Source of the DNA: Acetobacteraceae bacterium
GTDB taxonomy: Bacteria; Pseudomonadota; Alphaproteobacteria; Acetobacterales; Acetobacteraceae
NCBI GenBank assembly: GCA_035523995.1
Contig: DATKPQ010000181.1
Location: 15,312-79,311, forward strand
Direction: 5' to 3'
Length of the DNA stretch: 64,000 bases
Shown here: piece by piece, positions 1 through 10,200 of the stretch
Layout of the letters: each line of letters begins with the position of its first letter
Position numbering within the stretch: position 1 is the first letter of the stretch
Notes under the pieces: model-generated
What the model saw: the letters and a program-made list of their open reading frames with translations, nothing else
The model's database searches: none
What the model was told of the DNA's origin: nothing
Program-made: the position numbers and the translations under genes

Positions 1-824
1 CGGTGGAAGCTGCGTACGCTGAACGGCAGCATGCACAGGTAGATCAAACCGGCGGCAGCCAAGGCCGCCCATGGATCGGCCAGCAGGACCGCAGCGAAAA
101 TACCAGTCCCCAGCAGCAGCGGCAGCACGTATTCCGATGGAATCTTAAAGTTCTTGAAGCTCCAGACAGGGAGTGTCGAGACCAGCAGCAGCGCCGTGCC
201 GCCCAACACAATCGCGTCGAATAACGGGTACTGCGCCACCGCCAACACCCAGTCCCAGCCGAGACTCCTTGCCTCCAGCCCCATGAACAAGGGGAACAGG
301 GCGAGGCCGGCGCCTGCCGGGGCGGGTACACCGGTGAAGAAGTTGTAGGCGTAGACCGGCTTCGGCGCCCCATCCAGCGACGCATTGAACCGCGCCAGGC
401 GCAGCGCCATGCAGACCGCAAACATCAGGCAGGGCGTGTAGCCAAAGGCTCCGGCGCGTTGCAGGGACCATAGATAGATCGTGAAGGCAGGGGCCACACC
501 GAAGCAGAGGAAGTCGGCCAGGCTGTCGAACTCCGCCCCGAAGCGCGTCGTGGCCTTCAGCAGGCGAGCCAGGCGCCCGTCGATGCCGTCGATCGCGCCG
601 GCCACCGTGATGGCCACCGCCGCCGCGCCGAAGCGGTTTTCCAGGGCAAAGCGCATCGACGTCAGGCCGGCGCACAGCCCGATCAAGGTCAGCAGGTTGG
701 GAATGATGCGGTTGAAGGACGGGCCATGGTAGCGAGGACGCGCGCGCAGCCGGCGCCGGCGCAACCGCCGGATCGGCGACACGCGCGTTGGCGTCCCCCA
801 ATCCGGGCGTGGCGTGCCGCTCAT
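1..824 (-). CDS. pssA: CDP-diacylglycerol--serine O-phosphatidyltransferase (phosphatidylserine synthase); 3' end runs off the window
   Basis: Absent from the ORF track because there is no stop inside the window. Hand translation of the minus strand from ATG at 824 gives MSGTPRPDWGTPTRVSPIRRLRRRRLRARPRYHGPSFNRIIPNLLTLIGLCAGL...AGAIDGIDGRLARLLKATTRFGAEFDSLADFLCFG... This carries the CDP-alcohol phosphatidyltransferase motif DGxxAR-x8-G-x3-D-x3-D plus several TM helices. GC3-rich frame, immediately downstream of psd. The listed 145..831 ORF is an out-of-frame shadow. Confidence 0.85.
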   Translation of the reverse strand, partial: MSGTPRPDWGTPTRVSPIRRLRRRRLRARPRYHGPSFNRIIPNLLTLIGLCAGLTSMRFALENRFGAAAVAITVAGAIDGIDGRLARLLKATTRFGAEFDSLADFLCFGVAPAFTIYLWSLQRAGAFGYTPCLMFAVCMALRLARFNASLDGAPKPVYAYNFFTGVPAPAGAGLALFPLFMGLEARSLGWDWVLAVAQYPLFDAIVLGGTALLLVSTLPVWSFKNFKIPSEYVLPLLLGTGIFAAVLLADPWAALAAAGLIYLCMLPFSVRSFH

Positions 825-855
825 GCGCCAAGGTCCGATTTGCCGGCGTGTTTGG

Positions 856-1527
856 TCATGGCGAGAGCTCCGCGATGACGCTCTCGCCGCCGATCATCGT
901 CTGGCCTTCCGCCACCAGCGGGCGGACCCCTTCCGGTAGATAGACATCGGTGCGGCTGCCGAACCGGATCAGGCCGAAACGCGCTCCGGCATGCACAGCA
1001 TCACCTTCCCGCAGCGTGCACAGGATGCGGCGGGCGATCAGGCCGGCGATCTGCACCACCGCGATTTCCCGCCCGTCCGGTAGGCGCAGGGCGATGGCGT
1101 TGCGTTCGTTCGTCTCGCTGGCCTTATCCAGGCTGGCATTGACGAACGCGCCGTGCCGATAGGCGATGCGGGTCACCGTCCCATCCGCCGGCACGCGGTT
1201 AACGTGCACATTCAGCACCGAAAGGAAGATGGACACTCGCCAGCGCGGCATGCTGCCCAGCCCCAGCTCAGGGGGCGGTGTCCCCGGCGCAACGGCCGCG
1301 ACGCGACCGTCGGCGGGAGCGAGGATAACGTCCGGGCGACCGGGCGGCACGCGCTCGGGATCGCGAAAAAAAACCAGACAGGCGAGGGTGACAATCAGAC
1401 CGATCCAGAAGAGCCAGTGGGCGAAAAGCAAGCCAAGCACGATCAGTACGATCGCGCCTGCGATGAATGGCCAGCCGGCCGGGTGCGGCGGCGGCAGGGC
1501 GTGGTGGATGTCGTTGGCCAGGGACAT
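856..1527 (-). CDS. psd: phosphatidylserine decarboxylase proenzyme (short alphaproteobacterial form)
   Basis: 223-aa ORF with N-terminal TM segments, FFRDPER, and FGSRTD in the position of the G-S self-cleavage site. Sits 32 nt upstream of pssA on the same strand. Confidence 0.9.
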   Translation of the reverse strand: MSLANDIHHALPPPHPAGWPFIAGAIVLIVLGLLFAHWLFWIGLIVTLACLVFFRDPERVPPGRPDVILAPADGRVAAVAPGTPPPELGLGSMPRWRVSIFLSVLNVHVNRVPADGTVTRIAYRHGAFVNASLDKASETNERNAIALRLPDGREIAVVQIAGLIARRILCTLREGDAVHAGARFGLIRFGSRTDVYLPEGVRPLVAEGQTMIGGESVIAELSP

Positions 1528-1596
1528 GGGCCGCGGTTTATGAATGGTTCACCAAATCGCGGCAAGCTGCACCCGAGCCAGTAAAGGAGGCGCTCC

Positions 1597-2061
1597 ATGC
1601 CGTTCGACGCTCCGTTCATTCTTGGCCCGTTTGCGGTGGACGCGCGGGGCCGCCTCTCGGCGCGCGGACCCACCGCATTGCCAGGGTTCCTGTTCCGCTG
1701 GCGCGGCCGCGTGATCCGGGCGAAATTCGTGCAGGATGAGACGGGAGACGGCCGGCTGGCACTGACGGCTACGCTGGGGCGCGTCCCCAGCACCGCCGGC
1801 AAGAGCGATCCACGGATTCGGCCGACCAGCTTTCAAATCATACATCTGCTGCCGCGCGTGCTGCCCGGCCGTTGGCGAATGGTCTTGCTGCCCGACCATC
1901 GCGTGCGGCTTGAGGCCGAGGCCCACATTCTGCCGGTTACGGCCACGGAACTCCTGGCGGAACTGACCCGGTTCTTGCTCGAGTTGGCGCCCTATTTGGA
2001 TGTGCTGGACGAGGCCGGTATCGCCGGAACGGAAGCCGCGGCCGGCAGCGTGAACACCTGA
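1597..2061 (+). CDS. hypothetical protein
   Basis: 154-aa ORF, GC3-rich, AAGGAGG Shine-Dalgarno 6 nt before the ATG. No recognisable motif. Its 3' end overlaps the convergent LysM gene by 70 nt. Confidence 0.5.
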   Translation: MPFDAPFILGPFAVDARGRLSARGPTALPGFLFRWRGRVIRAKFVQDETGDGRLALTATLGRVPSTAGKSDPRIRPTSFQIIHLLPRVLPGRWRMVLLPDHRVRLEAEAHILPVTATELLAELTRFLLELAPYLDVLDEAGIAGTEAAAGSVNT

Positions 2062-3029
2062 CCGGGGTAGATCAGGTTCGGATCGCGGATCTGTCCTTTG
2101 TTGGCCTGGAAGATCACCAGGTAGCGCGTGCCCTGGCCGTAAGTGCTGCGGGCGATAACCCACAGGCTCTCGCCAGGCCGGATCTCGATCTGCCCCTTCG
2201 GTGGTTGCAAAGCCGCCATCTGCTCTCGGGTAAAGGATTGCTCCAGCCGGGCCATCACTTTGCCATCTGGTGCCACCTGATCGAGCCGCAAACTGTGGCC
2301 GCCCGCCCCAAGGATGCTCCGGGCCGCCAGCGTCCACTCGCCCTGCCCGTCGGCGAAGGCACCGCCGACCGGGCGGTTGTCGATATAAAGTCGAACGGCG
2401 GTGCCCGGTGGCGCTGTGCCAGAGAAGCGCACCTCGCCATGTCCTCCATATTCCATCGCGCCGACGGCCAGCCCAATGCCTGTGGCAGGCCCGGTCAGCA
2501 CACTGGGGGCAATATTGGGCCCGGTCAGCACTGCCAGCGCAGGCTGATTTTGGGCGACCGCAGTTTGGGCCGGCACGACCAGCACGACCGAGCGGCTGCC
2601 CTTGGTCTCCTTGCCGTCCGGCGTTTGTTCCGACAATGTCAGTTCGCGCGAACCGGGTGGCAGGCGGCTGGAGGGCGTGAACACCCAGTTGCCGTTCTGA
2701 TCCGCCTGGACTTCGCCGATCGGCTTGCCGGCATCAAGGATCGTGACCTTGCTGTCCGGCACGGCGCGCCCGGCCATGACAGCGTCGCCTTGCGGATTGA
2801 TACGGACCACGTCGAAGCTGGGTTGCGTCACCGCCCGGGTGGCTGGGGCAGACCGAACCGGCTGGACCGCGGGCTGCGTTGGGGCGGTGGCCGTCTCGGG
2901 GGCTGCGGTCGGAACGGCGCGTTCGTGCAGCACGATCCCGGCCGCCGCTGCCAGGACAACGACTCCCGCTGCCACCAGCAGAGCAGGGCGCAGAGTCGTC
3001 GATCGCCGAGATAACAGATCGGAACTCAT
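1992..3029 (-). CDS. LysM peptidoglycan-binding domain protein with N-terminal membrane anchor
   Basis: 345 aa. N-terminal TM (LRPALLVAAGVVVLAAAAGIVL), repeated Ig-like modules (GNWVFTP / GEWTLAA), C-terminal LysM signature GESLWVIARSTYGQGTRYLVIFQANKGQIRDPNLIYPGQVFTLP. Confidence 0.8.
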   Translation of the reverse strand: MSSDLLSRRSTTLRPALLVAAGVVVLAAAAGIVLHERAVPTAAPETATAPTQPAVQPVRSAPATRAVTQPSFDVVRINPQGDAVMAGRAVPDSKVTILDAGKPIGEVQADQNGNWVFTPSSRLPPGSRELTLSEQTPDGKETKGSRSVVLVVPAQTAVAQNQPALAVLTGPNIAPSVLTGPATGIGLAVGAMEYGGHGEVRFSGTAPPGTAVRLYIDNRPVGGAFADGQGEWTLAARSILGAGGHSLRLDQVAPDGKVMARLEQSFTREQMAALQPPKGQIEIRPGESLWVIARSTYGQGTRYLVIFQANKGQIRDPNLIYPGQVFTLPAAASVPAIPASSSTSK

Positions 3030-3242
3030 AATCCGGCAGGATAGGCGGCTTTTCCCGACAAGGAAACGGCCGCGAGCGGAACCATCCCAATTTATGGTGG
3101 CTACCGGCGTGTGGCGCGGCGACGGGCTTGGGAAAGCGGGCCCGCGTCAGGGCTGGTGCGACGTTTCGAGCAAGCAGCGGCACATACCCATGAGTTCCAG
3201 GACAAGCCGATGCGGGCTGACGATGTTCCGGGCCCTTGTAGG

Positions 3243-3335
3243 CCCCTTGAGGGAGGGCACCGGGGACCACGAGTGGGTACTCGTATCGCCCCCTCCCCCA
3301 ACCCCCTCCCAGAAGGCGGCCACGAGGGGAGGAGG
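3243..3335. repeat. G/C-tract interspersed repeat, family B (ccctcc...ggaggg type), degenerate copy
   Basis: ccttgagggagggcaccgggg ... cgccccctcccccaaccccctcccagaaggcggccacgaggggaggagg. Same word content as the copies at 15562, 47320 and 54763. Confidence 0.4.
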
Positions 3336-3401
3336 CCTTCGATGTGCATAACCGCGCTTCTCCTGACGCGCGCGGCAAATCCCATTACGCGGATGTCTGC
3401 A

Positions 3402-3605
3402 TCAATGCCTGGTTGCGGGTCGTGCGCTTTCCTTCAGGCTCAGGCGCTGGACCATCCGGGTGCCGGCCCAGACCTCAATGCCGGCAAGCCCACACTGCAG
3501 GTCTGCCGCCGCACTCATGGCCTCGATGTCGTCCTGGCAGCGGATGACGCGGTAATCGCACGTGCGGTCGGCGGCGTCGAGCAGATAAATGCGATATTCG
3601 CTCAT
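3402..3605 (-). CDS. small conserved hypothetical protein (67 aa)
   Basis: MSEYRIYLLDAADRTCDYRVIRCQDDIEAMSAAADLQCGLAGIEVWAGTRMV... preceded by GGAGGAAGCAC-ATG. Resembles a small M-x-Y-R-x-Y-x-L-D...C-x-DD...A...VE-x-W protein family that I recall as abundant in Rhizobiales. The longer 108-aa version in the ORF track lacks an RBS. Confidence 0.55.
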   Translation of the reverse strand: MSEYRIYLLDAADRTCDYRVIRCQDDIEAMSAAADLQCGLAGIEVWAGTRMVQRLSLKESARPATRH

Positions 3606-3856
3606 GTGCTTCCTCCGGGTTTTTGTAGCCCGCCGGCCATAAGTCCGCGCACGGACAGCATCTTGTGTCCAAACACGACTCCGTAACCTCACAACCTGTG
3701 CGTTCAGGATGCTAACGGAGAGCGGCATCCCGTGCCTGTTGCGCCTGTTCCGGGACGGTAGCCGGCCTCGTGCCTATCTTGAGCCGGCGCCCTGAGCCAC
3801 CCGTTGAACAAGCCAGCGGGACGCGTCAAACATCTCGCCAGCGAGGGAGGAAGCAC

Positions 3857-4819
3857 ATGCCGGCCAAGCCATTCGTTGTCGCACTCGAGGAGCATTTCCA
3901 GGACCCGGAGCTGGGCGCTATGTCTGGTCCGCTGGACGCCTACCGCGCACCGCCGATGGTGCAACGCCTGGAAGATTTGGGCGAGGGCCGGATTCGCGAG
4001 ATGGATGAGGCCGGCATCGACCTGCAAGTCATTTCCCACTCGGCCCCCTCGGTGCAGAAGACCACGGATGTCGACGTCGCGGTGCGTCTGGCGCGCCGTG
4101 CCAACGACCGGCTTGCCGCGGCGGTGCGGGCCCATCCCGATCGCTTTGCCGGGTTTGCCGTGGTGCCGACGCCCGATCCCAAAGCCGCAGCCGACGAGTT
4201 GGAACGCGCGGTGACGCAGCTCGACTTCAAGGGCGCCATGATCCATGGCCTGACCAACGGCCAGTTCCATGATGAGAAGCCGTTCTGGCCGATTTTCGAA
4301 CGCGCGCAGGCGCTTGACGTACCGATCTATTTCCACCCCGCGGTCCCGGTGCAGCCGGTGATCGACGCCTATTACGGGACGTACATGAAAGAGGTGCCCG
4401 GCATTCTGCGCGCCGCCTGGGGCTTCACGGTGGAGACCGCGACGCAGGGGGTGCGCCTGGTTTTGTCCGGCGTGTTCGACGCCTATCCACGGCTACAGGT
4501 CATCCTGGGGCATCTCGGTGAGGGCCTGCCATTTTATGCTTGGCGGATCAACATGGCGTTGGAGCGCGATTGGAAGGGCAGCCGCGGCTTTCGCGACGTG
4601 TTCAGCGCGCATTTCCACGTCACCACGAGCGGTTTCTGGTCGGATCCCGCCTTGATGTGCACGATCCAGGAAATTGGGCTGGACCGGATCATGTTCTCGG
4701 TCGATTACCCGTTCGCGCCCAACAAGCCGGCCACGGAATGGCTGCACCGCGTGCCGCTGTGCGCCGAGGACCGCGCAAAGCTGGCGGGCGGCAATGCGAC
4801 GAAGCTGTTGAAGCTGTAG
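3857..4819 (+). CDS. amidohydrolase-2 (ACMSD-like metal-dependent hydrolase/decarboxylase) family protein
   Basis: MPAKPFVVALEEHFQDPE..., IDLQVISHS, FHP..., VLGHLGEG, FSVDYPF match the amidohydrolase_2 pattern. ATG at 3857 follows GGAGGAAGCAC. Confidence 0.8.
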   Translation: MPAKPFVVALEEHFQDPELGAMSGPLDAYRAPPMVQRLEDLGEGRIREMDEAGIDLQVISHSAPSVQKTTDVDVAVRLARRANDRLAAAVRAHPDRFAGFAVVPTPDPKAAADELERAVTQLDFKGAMIHGLTNGQFHDEKPFWPIFERAQALDVPIYFHPAVPVQPVIDAYYGTYMKEVPGILRAAWGFTVETATQGVRLVLSGVFDAYPRLQVILGHLGEGLPFYAWRINMALERDWKGSRGFRDVFSAHFHVTTSGFWSDPALMCTIQEIGLDRIMFSVDYPFAPNKPATEWLHRVPLCAEDRAKLAGGNATKLLKL

Positions 4820-5168
4820 CTGGCGCACACCATCGGCCAGAATAGGTCCTGATGTTGGAGAAATTGACAATCGGCAGGTCGTGACAAAATTGCGTTCGCC
4901 TCCATGTCTGCTGACAGTTGTTTGGGAGCGTTGCCGCCCGGCACGAGTGAGTTGACCTTGTACTCCGCCGAGTTCGCTCGATGATGATATTGCTACAGGC
5001 CAACGTTCGCGCAATAACGTCGGGTTCACGGCTGTCTCCATTAATCAGCGGGCGCACGATAAGCAGCCGAAAAAATAACGCAGCCGTTGAACGTGTGCAG
5101 TCGCAATGCTACACGCCGGATGCAATGTTCGATTTGCAGTTGCTGCGCTCAATCGGGGAGCCCGCACG

Positions 5169-5996
5169 ATGACCCAGCCTTCCAGCCTTACGGCCGCACA
5201 TCGTGCCGCAGCCGAAATGCGCAGCGATATCACTGCAAAGTTCAGCGCGGCAATCGACCAGATTGCGGCCGACCATCATCCGTCACGCAGTCCATTCTTC
5301 CAGCATTTGCGTGAACTCAATCCTGCTATGGGGCGCGATCCACAACTTTTGGGACAAATTCACCTTGTTTACCAATCGGCTATGCACGCGACGCGTGCGG
5401 CAGTCTATCACCTGCCACATCTCGACAGTCCGGCAATGCGAAAGCGCAAGCTGCAGATTTTCATCGATGACGACGGTCTGCCAGGGGGCGACACACACCA
5501 TTACCAGTTGACCCGCGCGTTCCAGAACATGGGCGCGAAGCTGTCGCTGGAAGATGAAGAATTCGGTTCGGCAACGGAACTGTGCCGCCATCTCGATCCG
5601 GAGACTTCCCGCTTCGTTCAATTGGCTGGCACGTTGTATGCGCGGTCGCTGGGGCCGTGGTGCATCGTGGAGCTGATGTCGGACTGGTGGATGCGCGCGC
5701 TCGCAGATTCTCTGGCCGCACATTTCCCCGCGGTCCGCGATGAACCGTATTTCGCCGACTGCTTTTCCCAGGGCGTCGAGGAACGCCATGCCGCCGAGGC
5801 CATGGAAGTGACGTCGTCAGTGCTGCAGGCGCGGCCGGAGCTGTATTCCGAGACCGTACTGGATGCCAGGCTCATGGCCGAGGCCTTGGATGGCGTCTGG
5901 CGACGTTTGGACACTGTGGTCCAATTGGCAGCACAAAAGGCCGGTCACCAGCCCGAAACGCGGGCGTCGGCACAGCGCAGCCAGGCCGCGGCCTGA
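5169..5996 (+). CDS. heme-oxygenase-like fold, iron-containing redox enzyme family protein (Haem_oxygenas_2 / HDO-like)
   Basis: All-helical 275-aa protein with FIDDDGLPGGDTHHYQLTRAFQNMG (compare the E-x-G...H..L core of the family), IVELMSDWW and GVEERHAAEAMEV as candidate carboxylate/His ligand helices. Start MTQPSS chosen (GGGGAG upstream). Confidence 0.65.
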   Translation: MTQPSSLTAAHRAAAEMRSDITAKFSAAIDQIAADHHPSRSPFFQHLRELNPAMGRDPQLLGQIHLVYQSAMHATRAAVYHLPHLDSPAMRKRKLQIFIDDDGLPGGDTHHYQLTRAFQNMGAKLSLEDEEFGSATELCRHLDPETSRFVQLAGTLYARSLGPWCIVELMSDWWMRALADSLAAHFPAVRDEPYFADCFSQGVEERHAAEAMEVTSSVLQARPELYSETVLDARLMAEALDGVWRRLDTVVQLAAQKAGHQPETRASAQRSQAAA

Positions 5997-6024
5997 CAGC
6001 CGGGAGCGCGACAGGTCCCTCTGG

Positions 6025-7179
6025 ATGTTTTCCCTGCTGCGACTGGTGGTCGCCTGGATCACATTGTTTCTGATCGGAACAGATCTGTTCGTGGTCTCGC
6101 CGTTGATCCCGCTGATCGCCCGGGACTTCCAGGTGGCGGTGCGCAGCGTCGGCCTAACGGTGACGGCGTTCTCGCTGGGCTACGTTGTCGCGGCCCCGAT
6201 CTTCGGTCACCTCGCCGATCGGTTGGGACGGCGCCGCATCCTGACCTATTGCCTGGTGGGCTTCGCCTTCGCCAATCTGCTGACGGCGGACTGCGGCAGC
6301 TTGCTCGCAATGGTCGCGGCGCGGTTGCTCTGCGGCATCGCCGCTGCCGGGGTCACGCCGTCGATCTACGTCCTGGTCGGCAGCACCGCGCCCGCAGGGA
6401 AGCGCGGAACCTGGATCGCGATCGTGGTGACTGGATTGCTGTCGTCTCTGCCGTTGGGTACGCCGGTGGGTGCCATGGCGAGCCTCCGCCTCGGCTGGCC
6501 GATCGTCTTCATTACCCTGGCGGTGGGCAGCCTGATCCTGACTCCGGTGCATGTTGGCCTGTGGGCGGGCGCGCAGCCGGCCTCACCGGGGCAGGCACCG
6601 CAAGCCGGCCCGTTCAGCACCGCGGCGCTGGTACGGTCCCTGACACCGACCGTCGCGTGGGCCACCGCACTTTATGGCATGTACACCTATCTTGCGTCGG
6701 GCCTTGGCAACGCGGGCTACGGCCCTGGGGATATCGCCAAGACTGTGTTCGTCTATGGCGCCGCGGCATTTGCCGGCGCATTGCTGGGCGGCCGTCTCGC
6801 AGACCGGCTCGGGCCGTCAATCGCCATCCAGATGAGCTTGCTCGGTCTGGGCATCTGCTTCGTCATGCTGCGGCTGGCGGTGCAGGACGGCATTTTGATC
6901 GGGGCCGCATTCGCGGCTACCTCCCTGGTGGCGCAAATCTTCTTCCCTGCTCAGCAGTCCCTGCTTATGGGTACCTTCCCCGGCCGCACTGCCACGGCGT
7001 TGTCCTGGAACAACAGCGCCTTGTTCCTTGGCATGGCACTCGGTTCGCTGGTTGGCGGGCAGGCGATGGCGCTTGGCGGGTTCCCCGCCATCCTGCCGGT
7101 CTCCGCTGCCTTGGCCATCGCCGGATGGGCCGGCTTTCGCCGTTGGCTGTCACCCGCGGCGGCCACCACCGCAGCCTGA
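6025..7179 (+). CDS. MFS transporter (DHA1-like, 12 TM)
   Basis: MFSLLRLVVAWITLFLIGTDLFVVSPLIPLIARDF..., GHLADRLGRRRIL (MFS motif A), hydrophobic throughout. The upstream extension to 5863 overlaps the preceding gene and looks like non-coding translation. Confidence 0.8.
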   Translation: MFSLLRLVVAWITLFLIGTDLFVVSPLIPLIARDFQVAVRSVGLTVTAFSLGYVVAAPIFGHLADRLGRRRILTYCLVGFAFANLLTADCGSLLAMVAARLLCGIAAAGVTPSIYVLVGSTAPAGKRGTWIAIVVTGLLSSLPLGTPVGAMASLRLGWPIVFITLAVGSLILTPVHVGLWAGAQPASPGQAPQAGPFSTAALVRSLTPTVAWATALYGMYTYLASGLGNAGYGPGDIAKTVFVYGAAAFAGALLGGRLADRLGPSIAIQMSLLGLGICFVMLRLAVQDGILIGAAFAATSLVAQIFFPAQQSLLMGTFPGRTATALSWNNSALFLGMALGSLVGGQAMALGGFPAILPVSAALAIAGWAGFRRWLSPAAATTAA

Positions 7180-7286
7180 CCACCGATCAGGACGCTAGGC
7201 CTCTCGCCGGACATATCATCCCAGCGACACATGCTTAGCGAAAACGTGATAGACTCGGGACCTACCCCCGAGCGGGAGGATGAGTA

Positions 7287-10200
7287 ATGCGCCGGCTGCC
7301 TGGCTTTGGGCTGACCGCCCGGTTGGTCTTTCTTGCCGTCATCGCGGTCCTGCCGGCACTGGCCATCCAGGGGTACAATGAATACGACTTGCGCCGTGCG
7401 CGCGAGAATGACATCCGCCAGCGCGTCATCCAGATAACGCGGCAGTTCGGCGAGGAAATGGGGGAGTTGCGCGAGGGCGCGCGGCAATTGCTCGTGGCCC
7501 TGACCCGGTTCTCCTGGATCAATACCGCCGATCCCACGGAATGTAGCCGGAACCTGAAGGCCCTGAAGGCCGGGTTGCCGAACTATGATTGGCTGTCGGT
7601 TGCCGACGCCACGGGACACACCGTCTGTTCCAGTTCACCAAACGAACTGGCAAACGTCTCGAAGATGCCGTTCTTCATCCGCGCGATGGCGACCGAAAAC
7701 CTGGCGGTCGGCGACTACTGGAAGAATCCGGCCACTGGCGAGCAAGTCATCCAGTTTGCCCTGCGCTTCAACGGGCCGGACGGCAAGGTGGCCGGCGTGG
7801 TCTCGGCGGCGTTGGACCTGAACTGGCTGACCAACCGGCTCGCCGATCGCGGGTTGTCGCCGGGCGCCTCCATCCTGATCGCCGACCGTGACGGCAATAT
7901 CATCTCCCGTCTTCCCGATCCTGGCGCATTGATCGGCAAGAACATGCGGAAGACGCATGAAAAGATCATGGATGGTGATACGGCGGGATGGGAGGAAGCC
8001 AGGGGGGTCGACGGCATCACCCGCATCTTCGGCTATGTGCCGGCCGCCCTGCCGCCCTACGATCTGTTCTTGAGCGCGGGCCTGCCAAAGATTGCCGCGT
8101 TCAACGATATCGATCGTGCGACCTTGCGTGGCATGGCGTTGATCTTCGTCGGACTTGTCGTGGCGATCCTTGCCGCCCTGTATGGCGGATCGCATTTTAT
8201 CAAGCGCCCGATCCAGGACCTGGCAGGTGCCGCGAGGCGCTGGCGAGATGGCGATTACGCCGCGCGCGCTTCGGACCGGGAGTCGGTATCGGAATTCAGT
8301 CAATTGGCCTTGGCGTTCAATGAAATGGCCGATGCGGTTGCGTCGCGCCAGGCGGCACAAAAAAAGGCCGAGGAGCAGCTCGTCGAACTTGCTTCCACGC
8401 TGGAGGAACGCGTCGCACAACGGACCGAGGAGCTGGCGCAGGCGAACCGGGTCAAGTCGCAGTTCGTAGCCAATATGAGCCACGAGATCCGGACGCCGAT
8501 GAACGGCGTTCTGGGTATGCTGGAGCTCTTGCTTGAGGAGAATCTGACGCCGAAGCAGCGGCAATATGCGCTGACGGCGTTCCGCTCAGGCGAATCGCTG
8601 TTGCATATCGTAAACGGCGTCCTGGACCTCTCAAGAATCGAAGCCGGCAAATTGCTTATTACGGCAGAGCAATTAGACCTGCGCGTCATGGTCGAGGAAA
8701 CGGTGCGGTTGTTCTCCGGCGCGGCGAGCGCGAAGAAGATCAAGCTTTTGTACCAGATCTCGCCTGCGACGCCCCGAAACTTGATCGGAGACGAAGGACG
8801 CATTCGGCAGGTACTCACCAACATACTCGGCAACGCCGTCAAGTTCACGACGGCCGGCGAGGTTGCTCTGTATGTCAGCGCGGTCGAACTCGGGTCCGAC
8901 CGCATCCGGCTGGATTTCCGCGTGCGTGACACCGGCATCGGGATTCCGCCGGAGAAGCAGCGGGACATTTTCGACATTTTCGCCCAGGCCGACGGCTCGA
9001 CGACGCGCCGGTATGGCGGCAGCGGCCTCGGCCTCAGCATCGCGCGCCAACTTTGCGAATTGATGGGCGGGTCGATCAGCGTGGAAAGCGAACTGGGTAT
9101 CGGCTCGACATTCCGGTTTTCGGTTATCGTCGGGAAGGTGGCGGATGACTTTGATGCGGATGTACCCACCGACTGGCCGGCGCTGAAAGGCAAGTCCGTG
9201 CTTGTGGTCGATGACAACGAGACGAATCTGGAGATCATCGATAGCCAACTGACCCGGATCGGCGTGCACACCCGGTGCGTGACGGATCCGGCGGTAGCCT
9301 TGGCCCTGCTGGGCGAACATGCGGAACGCCGCACCGCTTTCGATTTCGTCCTGATCGATAAGAATCTACCCTCGATAGACGGCCGCGAACTCGCGCGCCG
9401 GATTCGCGCCGATACGGTCGTGTCGGGGACGCACATCGCCATGTTGAGCTCGTCGGATGAGGGAATGGACACCGGTTCGGGAATAGAGCGGTGGCTGACC
9501 AAACCCGTCCGCAAACGGGAGCTTTATGAGTGCCTCGCTTTGCTGGCCTCCGCGCCGGCGCCGCTGCCGCCATCGCTCGCAGCGGCGCTACCCGGTGCCC
9601 AACCGCCTGTTGGTGCGCGGGTGCTGCTGGTGGAAGACAACGAAGTGAACCTGGAACTGTCGCGGATCCTGTTGCAACTTGAGGGCTGCGACGTGACTTC
9701 CGCGACCGACGGTCGCGAAGGGGTGGCGGCGTTCCGGAGCAGCACGTTCGATATGGTATTCATGGATTGCCAGATGCCGGAGATGGATGGGTTCGAGGCC
9801 ACGGCAGAGATTCGCGCGATGGAAGCGAGTTCCTCCCGCCACACGCCGATCATCGCGGTGACGGCGAGCGCGATCGAGGGCGATCGGGAACGCTGCCTGC
9901 GCGCCGGAATGGACGACTATCTGGCCAAGCCGGTGTCCCGTCACGCCATCCGGACCATGCTCGCGCGGTGGCGCAGCGACAAAACCCTAAGCGTCGGGCA
10001 GACCATCTCCGTAGCAGAGGGGTACACAGCCGGGAACAAGGCGACGCTGTCGGAGGCAGTGCTGAGCGGGCTGCGCGAACTGGAGAATGAGGCTGATGGC
10101 GGGCTGGTTCAGCGGCTAATGTCGGGCTTCCTTCATAGCTCGCCGCAATTGTTGGACGATCTGCGACGGGGCAGCACCGCGCATGATGCCGACGCAATCC

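Noticed and set aside
145-831. 228-aa minus-strand ORF listed in the track, overlapping the pssA region
   Set aside because: Arg/Pro/Gly-rich low-complexity translation with no membrane character. The adjacent frame gives a textbook CDP-alcohol phosphatidyltransferase running off the window edge, so this is a shadow ORF typical of high-GC DNA.
1992-2061. 70-nt convergent overlap of the hypothetical gene and the LysM gene as a possible antisense regulatory arrangement
   Set aside because: The overlapping part of the LysM ORF is a low-complexity tail after the LysM domain, and the stop positions are the only evidence. More likely this is an incidental overlap or slight over-extension than a designed feature.
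1549-2337. 262-aa minus-strand ORF spanning the hypothetical gene and the LysM gene 3' end
   Set aside because: Antisense or out of frame to better-supported genes, with Arg/Pro/Gly-rich composition and no motifs.
5863-6024. Upstream extension of the MFS ORF (start at 5863), overlapping the HDO gene by 134 nt
   Set aside because: The extension translates to Trp/Arg/Pro-rich sequence without TM character. The MFS N-terminus MFSLLRLVVAWITLF at 6025 is the natural start.
7635-9514. Long antisense ORFs (7635..8564, 8300..9514, 8673..9320) inside the hybrid kinase gene
   Set aside because: They lie opposite a gene with unambiguous HisKA/HATPase/REC motifs. High-GC genomes routinely keep long open antisense frames.
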